This document shows positions 32,234 through 41,808 of a stretch of 64,000 nucleotides of DNA, one piece after another. Under the pieces are notes generated by a model that saw only the letters and a list, made by a program, of their open reading frames with translations, was not told the origin of the DNA and made no database searches. Position numbers and translations under genes: made by a program. This DNA is from Histomonas meleagridis 2922-C6/04-290x (taxonomy: Eukaryota > Protista > Parabasalia). Where the stretch lies: contig JAANOX010000088.1 in the NCBI GenBank assembly GCA_020184695.1, forward strand, positions 22,640 to 86,639. Reading direction: 5' to 3'. Position 1 is the stretch's first letter; every line of letters begins with the position of its first letter.

Positions 32234-33301
32234 ATGAGTTCTGCAAAAATAACTGTCAAAGTCATAGAAGCAACTAATCTAATTAAAATCGAAAAAGTAG
32301 GAGACCCTGATCCATTCGTGAAAGTGGGCCTTCGCTCGTCTGACAAAACAAAAAAAACTAAAGTTATATCAAACACAATTAACCCAATATGGAATGAATC
32401 TCTTTCGTTGAAAACTAAAAACACAGAAAATGATAGTTTGCTCGTCAACATAATCAACAAAAATGTTTTAGTTGATACCCCAATGTGTGATCAAATTGAA
32501 ATCCCAATCAAAATACTCAACTTCAATGGCGAACCATTTGAATTCGATAGTGACATCACATTTAAGAATGTATTTGCAGGTCATATCAAGATGGAAATAT
32601 TTGCAAAACTAAAAGACAAAGATTGTAAATCAAGTTCTTCTTCTTCTTCTTCTTCATCCTCTGATTCACATTCAGAAAAGCCTACTAAAAGTACACCAAA
32701 AGAAACCCAAGAACTTATTTGTAATTTTTCATTTGGCAGTCTTAGCTCAAGTTATTCTACTGATTTCACAGGATATACTGAATATTCACATTCCCTTTCT
32801 CCAATTCACTCCGAAGAGGAGAAGTTCCACCATCATCATGATGAAATAACCATCAAGCAAACCGAATTCAAACCAAAGCCAATCGAAGAAACCTTATTTG
32901 TTCAAGTTTGTAGATGCGTTGGTTTGGCTAAAACTGATGCAAATGGAACAGATTCATATGTTAAAGTATCACTTGTCGGAAAACGAAAGCCAAAGAATGA
33001 CCAACCTTTGGTTACTGAAGTTGCAATGAATACTGAAGACCCGCAGTTTGACCAAGGAATTAATTTCCCTAAGGTCAAAAAAGGTGAATCTATTGTAATC
33101 GAAGTTTTCCAAAAATCAAAGGTGGCTGACTTCCAAATCGGGTACTTGAAGATTCCTGTCAAAGAAATTGAGGTTGGAAGCAAAGACGAAAAAGAATACT
33201 TATTACAAAAACCTATCAAAATTAGTGAGATCTTCGACAAAATAACTGATTTTGGTAAGATCTACCTCATTCTTGATCACCAAAAGAAATTCAAGGAATA
33301 A
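32234..33301 (+). CDS. Tandem C2-domain protein with a poly-Ser linker
   Basis: Two C2 domains (VKVIEATNL..DPFVKV..NPIWNE; VQVCRCVGL..DSYVKV..DPQFDQ). ATG 32234 follows an Inr-like TCACTT. Confidence 0.85.
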   Translation: MSSAKITVKVIEATNLIKIEKVGDPDPFVKVGLRSSDKTKKTKVISNTINPIWNESLSLKTKNTENDSLLVNIINKNVLVDTPMCDQIEIPIKILNFNGEPFEFDSDITFKNVFAGHIKMEIFAKLKDKDCKSSSSSSSSSSSDSHSEKPTKSTPKETQELICNFSFGSLSSSYSTDFTGYTEYSHSLSPIHSEEEKFHHHHDEITIKQTEFKPKPIEETLFVQVCRCVGLAKTDANGTDSYVKVSLVGKRKPKNDQPLVTEVAMNTEDPQFDQGINFPKVKKGESIVIEVFQKSKVADFQIGYLKIPVKEIEVGSKDEKEYLLQKPIKISEIFDKITDFGKIYLILDHQKKFKE

Positions 33302-33404
33302 ACCTTCAATGGAAAAATTTTGATTTTTTACCAAAAATATCTTGAAATTTATTGATATTAAAAAAGTATAAAATTTAAATCCTTGTGAAGTTTATCAACA
33401 GCTT

Positions 33405-33707
33405 TTAGTGTCTAGTCCTGTTTCTTATACCTTTTCTGGGACCTTTTTGGACAGGTGTGGATTTGGCATCTTCAATATTTGCTTTCATAGCTTCTGAGTC
33501 ATCTTTCCAGTTAGGTGGGTTTATGTTTAGCCATGGCCAATTTGGGCCGAAAAGTATCATAACAAAAACTGTTACTCCAGCTTCAAAATATAATGCATAT
33601 CGAAAATTATCTTGGTAAACTGCAAATATTATAGAAATTGGAATTGAGATTGCAAATATGATGATAGAATAAACTAAAACTCTCTTTTGTCCCTGGAAAT
33701 CCACCAT
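33405..33707 (-). CDS. SPCS1: Signal peptidase complex subunit SPC12
   Basis: DFQGQK, two TM helices and GPNWPWLNINPPNW. Confidence 0.8.
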   Translation of the reverse strand: MVDFQGQKRVLVYSIIIFAISIPISIIFAVYQDNFRYALYFEAGVTVFVMILFGPNWPWLNINPPNWKDDSEAMKANIEDAKSTPVQKGPRKGIRNRTRH

Positions 33708-34057
33708 TTTTAATTTGACCAAATAGCAAACCGCTTTTAACGGTCATCGATCCACTAGCTTCAAGGCTGAAGCAACAAGTTTGAAGCTTATTATAAATAT
33801 CTAAGGATTCCTTCCAAAATGGAAAAAGGAGGTGATGATTTTATGAACCAACAAATTTTAAAATTTTGAAATAAATCAATCTGCAAAAAATATCTTGATC
33901 AATCAATAATCTTTCCTGGCGGAAATATCTATCACAACAAATCAATATAAAATGATTTGTTTGTTTCTTATTGCTGTAACTTAAAGTTCCGATGAGAGAA
34001 AGGAAATAGGGGCACCCCTATTCACAAAAAATTTAATTCAAATATCTGTTTAAACAG

Positions 34058-36583
34058 ATGCCATTTTCTCCAAATATTTTTATTCACCCTGATGTGGAAT
34101 ATTCTTCAATCCTCATTTCCCAACTTGGAGAAACTGTACCAAAAGAAATCAGCATATCAATTACCGAAAATTCACAATGCGAATTAATAAAATTTCAACC
34201 CAAAATCCAAAATCTCTCGGAAGGTGAAAAAGTACAGAAAGATTTAACCGAAATGCCATACATAATTTTATATATTTTTTCTTCTTCATCAAAAAATGAA
34301 TTCAGAAATTTTGTTCGTCCTGCATACAAAAAACTATGTGAAATCCACTCAGATTCATGTTGTTGTATAATTCCAGTATTTGTTAATGATCCCAAAAAAA
34401 TTAAAGGAAAAACATTTTTTTCTCAAACACCATTTATACAATATCTACAATCAGGGCTTGAAAACCTTCAAGTTATTAATTTAAAAATTACAGGAAAATT
34501 TCAAAGTTCACAAATTAAAAAAATTTGGCAAAATGCGATAATTCCATCAATCACTCAGAGCTTCCAACAAAAAGTTCAACAGTTTGAAGCATCTGAAGGG
34601 CCGTCTATAAAATCCATACAGAATCATTTTAAACTTTATCTGTTACTAGAAAGTAATTCATTTTCAGATGAGAAAAAAAGAAAAATATTGGAAACTATCG
34701 AATGGCTTATCGAAGATAACCAACATCTTTTTGAAAAATACATTGAGAAAAACTCTCTTTTAGAATCGTTTGATTTTTATCGAGAATCAATAACACTTCA
34801 AAACAAAGTTTTAACAGACGAAAATCCAACAATGTATGACTTAAGGTTTATTGTTTTTAAGCAAAAAGTTCAAGGCTTTATGATTTCTAATGAAATGCAT
34901 AATGCAATTGAGTGTGGCTTCAATTTTGTAAAAAACAGTTACTACAACTTAAAACGTGAAAAACAAATATCTGATACTGAACTTAAGGTTTGGCTTTGTC
35001 AATCATTGTATTATCTCATAACACAATGTAACAAAGAAAAAAAACTTGCAAAGAAGCTTGGACTACAAACTCGATTTTCTATGATGGAGTGGTACCTTGA
35101 AGTTTTACCAGAGGTCTTTGCCCTTGAAGAAAAGCCAAAAGAATATTTGGATGACAGTTTTTTGGTTCAATTTTACACAAAAGTGGTCAATTCAAAGGAG
35201 AACTTCCTCGGTGAAATGAAAACCGTTTGCCTTGAACTGATTCAAGCTTATCTTGGGTCAGGTTATCAAAGGTGCGCTGCGGTAACAATTAAAAAATATT
35301 CTTACTTGTTGGAAAATGGACAAGAATATTTAGCAATATCACTTATCTCACTTATCAAATTGAATTTCCCGATAACTCAAGAGATCACAGAGGAAATGTT
35401 GACTAAAATTCCATTTGATGATCGAGTTAAAATTTGTTGTCAAATACTTTCATCGCCAAATCTAAAAGTATCACATAAAAATGCGGCAAATCAGATTTCA
35501 AAAATATTTACAGACTCAAAATTTACTTCAAAACATGTTACATCACTACCTTGTATAGCACATAATGAAGATAACGCGCAAGGCTATGAAGTTAACAAAA
35601 TTGTTAATATTAAATTAAAATTGAAATGTCTTTTCGATTCACAAATTGAAGTTCCTTATATCGAAATCGGATTTATTCATATGGGCGATGCTAATGATAT
35701 TGTTTTCTTCAACACAACCAATGTGAAAATATCGGATGGCTCATTACTATGCGTAAAAGGTTCGTTTCAAAAACAAGGACTATACTCTCCTTACTGTGCT
35801 AAGATTGGCACTGAAGCGTCTCATATTTATTACACTTTCCCAACATTAAACCCAACCATTAAAGTTAGAACAAAACCAAACGTTAATGCACTTCATTCTG
35901 CATTATACTGCCATCTAGTTCTCCCAAGTGTGCTTCTTCCAGCACAATGGCAAACGGCGTCGCTCAGCATTGGTGTTGTGAAGCATTTGAGTTCGCTTCA
36001 ACTCTTCATTTCGGGTGTCACTTTTAAAACCGCTAAATTAGAAGACGTTAACGGAACCGTTTATTTGCCTGATGATGAATTTGTTTTTAGTGAATTAAAG
36101 CCAGGTACATATCTGATGGATCTTCCAATTATGGCATATGATTCAGGAACAATTGATGTATCTCTTCAGTCTGGCAAAGATAATATAAAGTATACCAAAA
36201 GATATTATGTATCAGATTTCTTAAAAATGTCTGTCAAATACAGAAAGCGAACAAAAGTTGCAACACTTTCTGCTGTTGGTAATTCAAACTTAGATATTAA
36301 CATTACGAATGTTATATTTTACAAAGGTGATGATCAAATTTCAGATTGTAACATTATTGGAATTCCATGCAAAGTATCCCGGAACACAACGTCTGCAATC
36401 TTTGTACTTGGCAGTGAACCTGAGTATGCGCACGTATGGATTGAACAGGACAAATTAAAGCCATTTCTTGTGAAAGTAAATGTGGAATTAATGGAGAAAG
36501 AAGATCTGAAGAACAAAAATATGATTCCGCAAACGCCTTTTACAGTGGTTGTACCTGATGATATTTCTAGCAGATTGTATTAA
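34058..36583 (+). CDS. Large protein, possibly TRAPPC10/Trs130-like
   Basis: 841-aa ORF; PYIILYIF..EFRNFVRP and AYLGSGYQRCA resemble TRAPPC10 motifs from memory; beta-rich C-terminus. Confidence 0.5.
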   Translation: MPFSPNIFIHPDVEYSSILISQLGETVPKEISISITENSQCELIKFQPKIQNLSEGEKVQKDLTEMPYIILYIFSSSSKNEFRNFVRPAYKKLCEIHSDSCCCIIPVFVNDPKKIKGKTFFSQTPFIQYLQSGLENLQVINLKITGKFQSSQIKKIWQNAIIPSITQSFQQKVQQFEASEGPSIKSIQNHFKLYLLLESNSFSDEKKRKILETIEWLIEDNQHLFEKYIEKNSLLESFDFYRESITLQNKVLTDENPTMYDLRFIVFKQKVQGFMISNEMHNAIECGFNFVKNSYYNLKREKQISDTELKVWLCQSLYYLITQCNKEKKLAKKLGLQTRFSMMEWYLEVLPEVFALEEKPKEYLDDSFLVQFYTKVVNSKENFLGEMKTVCLELIQAYLGSGYQRCAAVTIKKYSYLLENGQEYLAISLISLIKLNFPITQEITEEMLTKIPFDDRVKICCQILSSPNLKVSHKNAANQISKIFTDSKFTSKHVTSLPCIAHNEDNAQGYEVNKIVNIKLKLKCLFDSQIEVPYIEIGFIHMGDANDIVFFNTTNVKISDGSLLCVKGSFQKQGLYSPYCAKIGTEASHIYYTFPTLNPTIKVRTKPNVNALHSALYCHLVLPSVLLPAQWQTASLSIGVVKHLSSLQLFISGVTFKTAKLEDVNGTVYLPDDEFVFSELKPGTYLMDLPIMAYDSGTIDVSLQSGKDNIKYTKRYYVSDFLKMSVKYRKRTKVATLSAVGNSNLDINITNVIFYKGDDQISDCNIIGIPCKVSRNTTSAIFVLGSEPEYAHVWIEQDKLKPFLVKVNVELMEKEDLKNKNMIPQTPFTVVVPDDISSRLY

Positions 36584-36800
36584 ATTGAATTTCGGAATTT
36601 ATTTTTACTTTTAAATGAGTGTGAAACATCAAATCTTTAGCATGAATTTGTGTTAATATGCATTAAAGTTTACATAAATTTAACATGTTATGTGAATATA
36701 AATGTTTTTTTTTAATTATAAATGCAAAATTTCAGATATTACCAATTGGGAATAGTTGCATTTGATAAGAATATTAATATTCATTTTTTAGAAAACACAT

Positions 36801-37213
36801 GTAAATATGCAATTACAGGCGGAAATGAAGAAATCATTCATTTATGTGAACAAAATCACTCAACATTTAAAGATGCATATAAAACAGAAATTGAATTTCA
36901 TCATAACAATATCTTTAAATATCTTTATGAAAATATCATTAAGTAATATTTGGAAATTATTTAAATTATTTTGAACAGCATTAATGTATGCATCTTCAAG
37001 TGGCCACAGCATAGAAATAGTTAAATTACTTTTTGAACATAAAAGAATTAACATAAATGATAAAGACATTTAATCTTTTTTATATTATTTTTATTATGAT
37101 AATTTTCAATTTCAAAATAATATTTGAAAATTATTCAAAAAGCACTTATGAAAGCATCTTCAAAAGGTTATACAAAAATAGTTGAATTACTAAATGAAAA
37201 AGGAGCTATTTAA
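36801..37213 (+). pseudogene. Ankyrin locus D: DUF3447 fragment fused to two ankyrin cassettes with degenerate spacers
   Basis: KYAITGGNEEIIHLCEQ..FHHNNIFKYL fragment; cassettes at 36975 and 37139; an embedded linker codon reads TGA (36972-36974). Confidence 0.8.
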
Positions 37214-38180
37214 AATTTTTAATATTAATTGGTTCCATGATTCTCCTCCTCCAATTTATAATTTATTAGATCAAGGAATGAATTTATATCTCATTTTGTG
37301 CTTTTGATCCACTTTATTCTCAAAGGTTCATTTTTTTTTAGTAAACAATTCATTGTTTCTAAAACATGCTAATGTTTCAAAACGATTTGCTAGATGTAAT
37401 TCTGATTCTTTAAATTTTGATTTTGTCTTTGCTGCTAGTTCCATACAATAAAATATATTTACACATCTTGTTAACATTGCTTATGATTCTAATCTTCTTC
37501 TTGCTGGATATTTCTAGAAAGCGAAGCCCTTATCAGCTTTGGAAGAAGAACATATATATTTCAGAGATTCTTGTTCAACCAGTCGTTATACATTACAGAT
37601 TTTGATTAATACCAAGAAGTATGTCGACTATTTCAGGAATGAAAATATATTACATTATTCTGATTTCTTATTAAATATTTTTTTTTTCATTTTTGAAGTA
37701 GTAACATTACGAAAATAAATTATTTCTCATACAAAACAATTAAAATAAATTATTTTGAGAAATTATTAAATTTTTACCTAGAGGATAAACATCCAAAAAG
37801 TGGGAAACATATGTAAAAGATTTCCATTCTTTATACATTTCAAAAACACCTAAGGTCTAGAACAACGTGCATTGAAAATATACTATCATTTACAAAACAT
37901 TGGGTAAAATTGAAACAGTTTTTACATTGATTCCAAGAACTAACTCAAAGAATGAATGTTATGTGACCATAATTAATAAATCCAAAGAAAATGAGGTTGG
38001 ATCATTATCAACTAATTTGTGGTTTTGGCTTTTTGCTTATTATGTCATCTATATGTATAAGAAGGATGTTTCTGCAATGTAATGTTGAAAGGGCAACGGA
38101 TATGATTCCATTATCCCCATTGGTATAATATAATAAATAATGGTAATATAAATGATGCGAATTGAAAGTTCAGACATTTT

Positions 38181-38363
38181 TTGAAGTTCAACACAGCAGG
38201 AACATATGGCATAGCCAACGGCGCTTCTTCAATCAATTTCTGCTACAAATGTTCGCCAGGAACTGTATCAGATAAACATTCAACAGTTTGCGTTAAGTGC
38301 GGCAGCGGATATCATCCAAAAGCAGACCAAACAGGTTGCGAAAAAGACTTGGGCTCTTACTAA
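38181..38363 (+). pseudogene. Isolated Cys-rich (GCC2/GCC3-like) repeat fragment
   Basis: CYKCSPGT..CVKCGSGY..QTGCE; no ATG start and no flanking long ORF. Confidence 0.35.
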
Positions 38364-39270
38364 TTAACCTAAAGGGATTAATAAAAAGTGAAGAATTCGA
38401 AATGAAATGTTTTGAATGATTCCATATGTAAACAGATCCATTAAACCAAATTTGCAAACTTAGAAACAGCAGGAAGATGACGTATAGATTTATCTAACAA
38501 TAAACAACATGAAATTTCGAAATAATTTTGCTAATCTTTCTTCTCGAAGGTAAATGATGAAACGGTTTTGAGTTTTTGAATGTGAATCCGATGATTTTTC
38601 TTTGATTTGTTCCTATCGTTGGTAAAAATTTCACTTTCTTTAAAAAACATTTTGTATTGTCACATGTTTTTAAATTAAAGATGAAACGAAAATGAAAATT
38701 TCTTTCAAACCTATAGGTTCAATGCATAGGTCAGAATTTTAATATCCTTTTCATAACTGAGAAATAACTTTCGTAAATAAATTGAAATTGTTCAAATAAG
38801 AAACTAAAAGAAATAGCAGAAGAATCAGAATTTCATATAGCAAATCGTTTTGAAATGAACACTTCATTTAATAAGAATCATTTTATTAAATACTTATGAT
38901 GAAAAATTCATTAAGTTCAAAAAAGATACTTAAATTTGACGGATATAAAAAGTTGTTAATAATACAACAAAATGTCCTTTTCTTGTTTACATTGAAAATA
39001 CTAATTTTATCATAAAATTTTAAAGTAGCTAATTATGATGTAAGTGAATTTAAAACTTCGCATTTGATTATCCAATATTTTTTAGATGCCTTTCTTTAAT
39101 CTATCGTTTTTATTATAAGGCACAAAACATGAAAATGTATTCCAAATTTTATTTTTACAATGCTTATAGCCAAAGTTTTCGAGAAATGTACGCAAACAAT
39201 CACTAAAAAACAGCCAAAAAAAAAAAAAAAACTTAAAATTCTAAATTTTGTAAATGAATTTAAGATTGTT

Positions 39271-40491
39271 TTACTCGAGCATTACTTCGATTGTTTCACC
39301 TGCACCAGTTAGTATTCCGAGTTGATCTCCGCGGTTTGCAGAGTCCGCTATTTTAACTTCTTTATCAGGTTTAATGAATCCATATATCATTTCCTTACCC
39401 CTAAGTATTGACATTACATCTTTGTTATATGTGCTCTTAATTCTCTCTATGAATCCACCGATTGTTTCATCTTCAATAAATTTAATTCGATCGATACGAC
39501 GTGAGCAAACGGGGCACCCCTTATCGCGGTTAGCTTTGAATGTGTTTTGGAAGACTTTTTCGTTTCCAGAAAATGTGATGTTGTTATCAAGAGGTGGTGC
39601 AGAGAGTGTAAGAATCTTAAGAACTTCGGTGGCACAGGTTGATGCAACAATCGCTTGTGTTGATGCAATAGCTGGAACAATGTTTTTAACAATGCCTTTG
39701 GCTATGCGGAAATCAAGAGGCCCTTGGACATTGAACTTCTTAGCATGCTCAATTGACTTTTCCAGAATCCATTGAACATGTTCATCATTATCACCATCAA
39801 GAACTTCGTCACCACGTTCAGCAGGCCATGCAATTTCCTTGGCCCATGCGACGCAATGATGCGGTTGACGTGGGTTAGAGGCAATTGTGCATGATTGAAA
39901 TACTGTGGGTTTGATAAACATTGCCTCTTGACACTTGAGACAAGCACTTTCATTTGGAAATATAACTTTAACATGGCCTGACCATGCTTCAGATCCACCA
40001 TCAACATATGGAATCACAAGTTCGTTGTTAGTATCACGGGCAATTTGAACAAGCTTTTCGTTCATCCACATACGAGCTTTTAATGAATCAAGGCCGCCAA
40101 TAACAATATTAAATTTCTTATAGAAACTATCTGGGAATTTTTCGCTATCAGTAATATCACCAAAGTGACCAATGACGTTGGCACCAGGAATTCTCTTGTT
40201 AACAAATTCAGCAGCAACAATAGCTTTTGGCCTGCCAACATCTTTAGCACGGAAAAGAAATTGACGATTAAGATTTGAAATATCGATTGTATCAATATCA
40301 ATTACTTCAATATGCTTAAAACCATCTAATGCTAGTGATTTAAGTAATTCACATCCAAGACCACCTGCACCAATAACAAGAATTTTGCAATTGTCAAAGT
40401 ACTCTCTACCAGCTTCGCCAGGCTCAAAGTAGCTTTCACAGAATGGGCCTTGATCTTCCACTAAAGTACGGATAATTTTAGGTGTCTCCAT
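39271..40491 (-). CDS. UBA3: NEDD8-activating enzyme E1 catalytic subunit
   Basis: ILVIGAGGLGCELLK, SNLNRQFLFR, CTIASNPRQPHHC, KNIVPAIAST, RDKGCPVC. Start set at ATG 40491 (METPK). Confidence 0.9.
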   Translation of the reverse strand: METPKIIRTLVEDQGPFCESYFEPGEAGREYFDNCKILVIGAGGLGCELLKSLALDGFKHIEVIDIDTIDISNLNRQFLFRAKDVGRPKAIVAAEFVNKRIPGANVIGHFGDITDSEKFPDSFYKKFNIVIGGLDSLKARMWMNEKLVQIARDTNNELVIPYVDGGSEAWSGHVKVIFPNESACLKCQEAMFIKPTVFQSCTIASNPRQPHHCVAWAKEIAWPAERGDEVLDGDNDEHVQWILEKSIEHAKKFNVQGPLDFRIAKGIVKNIVPAIASTQAIVASTCATEVLKILTLSAPPLDNNITFSGNEKVFQNTFKANRDKGCPVCSRRIDRIKFIEDETIGGFIERIKSTYNKDVMSILRGKEMIYGFIKPDKEVKIADSANRGDQLGILTGAGETIEVMLE

Positions 40492-40624
40492 CCAGTTGAC
40501 ACTTTTTTGGCAATTTTTTTTGAATGTGCCACTTTTTTGAGTGAAACAAATGAATGCCAATTGGCAGAAATTAGAAAGAAGTACATTTGGTTTAAAAAAC
40601 GAAATAAAAATTGTAAACAACTTT

Positions 40625-41614
40625 TTATCTATGTCCGAGAAAATCCAAGAACTTAAATTTATCATCCATACTATTATTTGGTGGTGGTTGATTAATTGTT
40701 TGTTGCTGTGATGGTGGTGGGTACACCCCTTGGCCTTGCTGATTGGGCGCCCCATAAAACTGTTGAGGTGCCCCATAGGGGTTATTAGGGGCCATCCCAT
40801 ATTGCGGCGGTTGCTGTGGAATTGGATACTGCATTTGTTGCTGTGTGGGAGGAGGATACGGATATGGATAATTTGGTGGAGGACGTTGTTGATATTGCTG
40901 TTGCAATGCAATAGCATCCATATCTTCATCATCTAACTTGAAAACAATGTTGACATTCTCACCATTAAAGTTCATTAAATCTTTTCCATTCATAGCTTTT
41001 TGTGCATCTCTTATATCACAAAATTTAATGTAAAAGAGAGTAGGTTCAATAACATTTGTGGCATAAATTTCACCGAATTTGGACATTTCCATCTGTATCT
41101 TTTGAAGTGTGAGTTTACTACCAACAGCTGTTCGAACTAAAAGAGCAGAACATGTCTGTCTAGGGTTGCTTTTTGGATTTGATGATTTTTTACCAAAATT
41201 TGTTTTGACAGGTCGTCCCATAAGTAATTGATTATCAGCTTCTTCAACAGCTTTCTTTGCACTTTTGATGTTATAATACGTAACAAAAGCAATACCTTTT
41301 TTATCAATGAGGGAATAAATATTTGCGATTTCACCATACTTTTGGGCAAATTCTTTAAATGTTTCAAGAGGAACATTATATTGAATATTCGAGAAAAATG
41401 CGGTATGTATAGGAACTTTTTGATGACCAGATTGATTGGGTGGGTTTGGGGGTGGCGCTGGTTGGCGGGGATTTTGTGGATATTGATTTTGAGAGTATTG
41501 ATAAGGCTGTGGTGGATATGACTGGTACTGCGGAGGAGGTGGTTGCTGGTAAGGGTAACCACTTGGATGTTGTTGACCAGTCATATTAGGGAGACCTGGC
41601 TTTGGGTATTGCAT
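40625..41614 (-). CDS. Two-RRM RNA-binding protein with Pro/Gln/Tyr-rich termini
   Basis: KKGIAFVTY RNP1; second RRM (FYIKFCDIRDA). Confidence 0.85.
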   Translation of the reverse strand: MQYPKPGLPNMTGQQHPSGYPYQQPPPPQYQSYPPQPYQYSQNQYPQNPRQPAPPPNPPNQSGHQKVPIHTAFFSNIQYNVPLETFKEFAQKYGEIANIYSLIDKKGIAFVTYYNIKSAKKAVEEADNQLLMGRPVKTNFGKKSSNPKSNPRQTCSALLVRTAVGSKLTLQKIQMEMSKFGEIYATNVIEPTLFYIKFCDIRDAQKAMNGKDLMNFNGENVNIVFKLDDEDMDAIALQQQYQQRPPPNYPYPYPPPTQQQMQYPIPQQPPQYGMAPNNPYGAPQQFYGAPNQQGQGVYPPPSQQQTINQPPPNNSMDDKFKFLDFLGHR

Positions 41615-41808
41615 GGTTATTTAAAAAAGTGACATTTTAATAAATCTTGTGGAAAAAAATATTATTTTAGGACATTTAATAACTATCAAAACAAAATAAG
41701 AATGTTAAAAAAAATACTTTTTCTAAGATTGTATTCAAAAAAAATTATAGATAAATGTTTATATGAACACGCATTTATTAAAAAATCTGATTGATTTTTG
41801 GTATCTAA

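Noticed and set aside
37250-39200. Short ORFs and possible mobile-element remnants in this intergenic stretch (also 3600-4950, 28150-29340 and 58310-59330)
   Set aside because: I could not find terminal repeats, TSDs or recognisable domains by eye; left uncalled.
40492-40932. N-terminal extension of UBA3 shown in the ORF track
   Set aside because: It is an alternative frame of the Pro/Gln-rich RRM gene plus intergenic DNA; UBA3 homology begins after ATG 40491.
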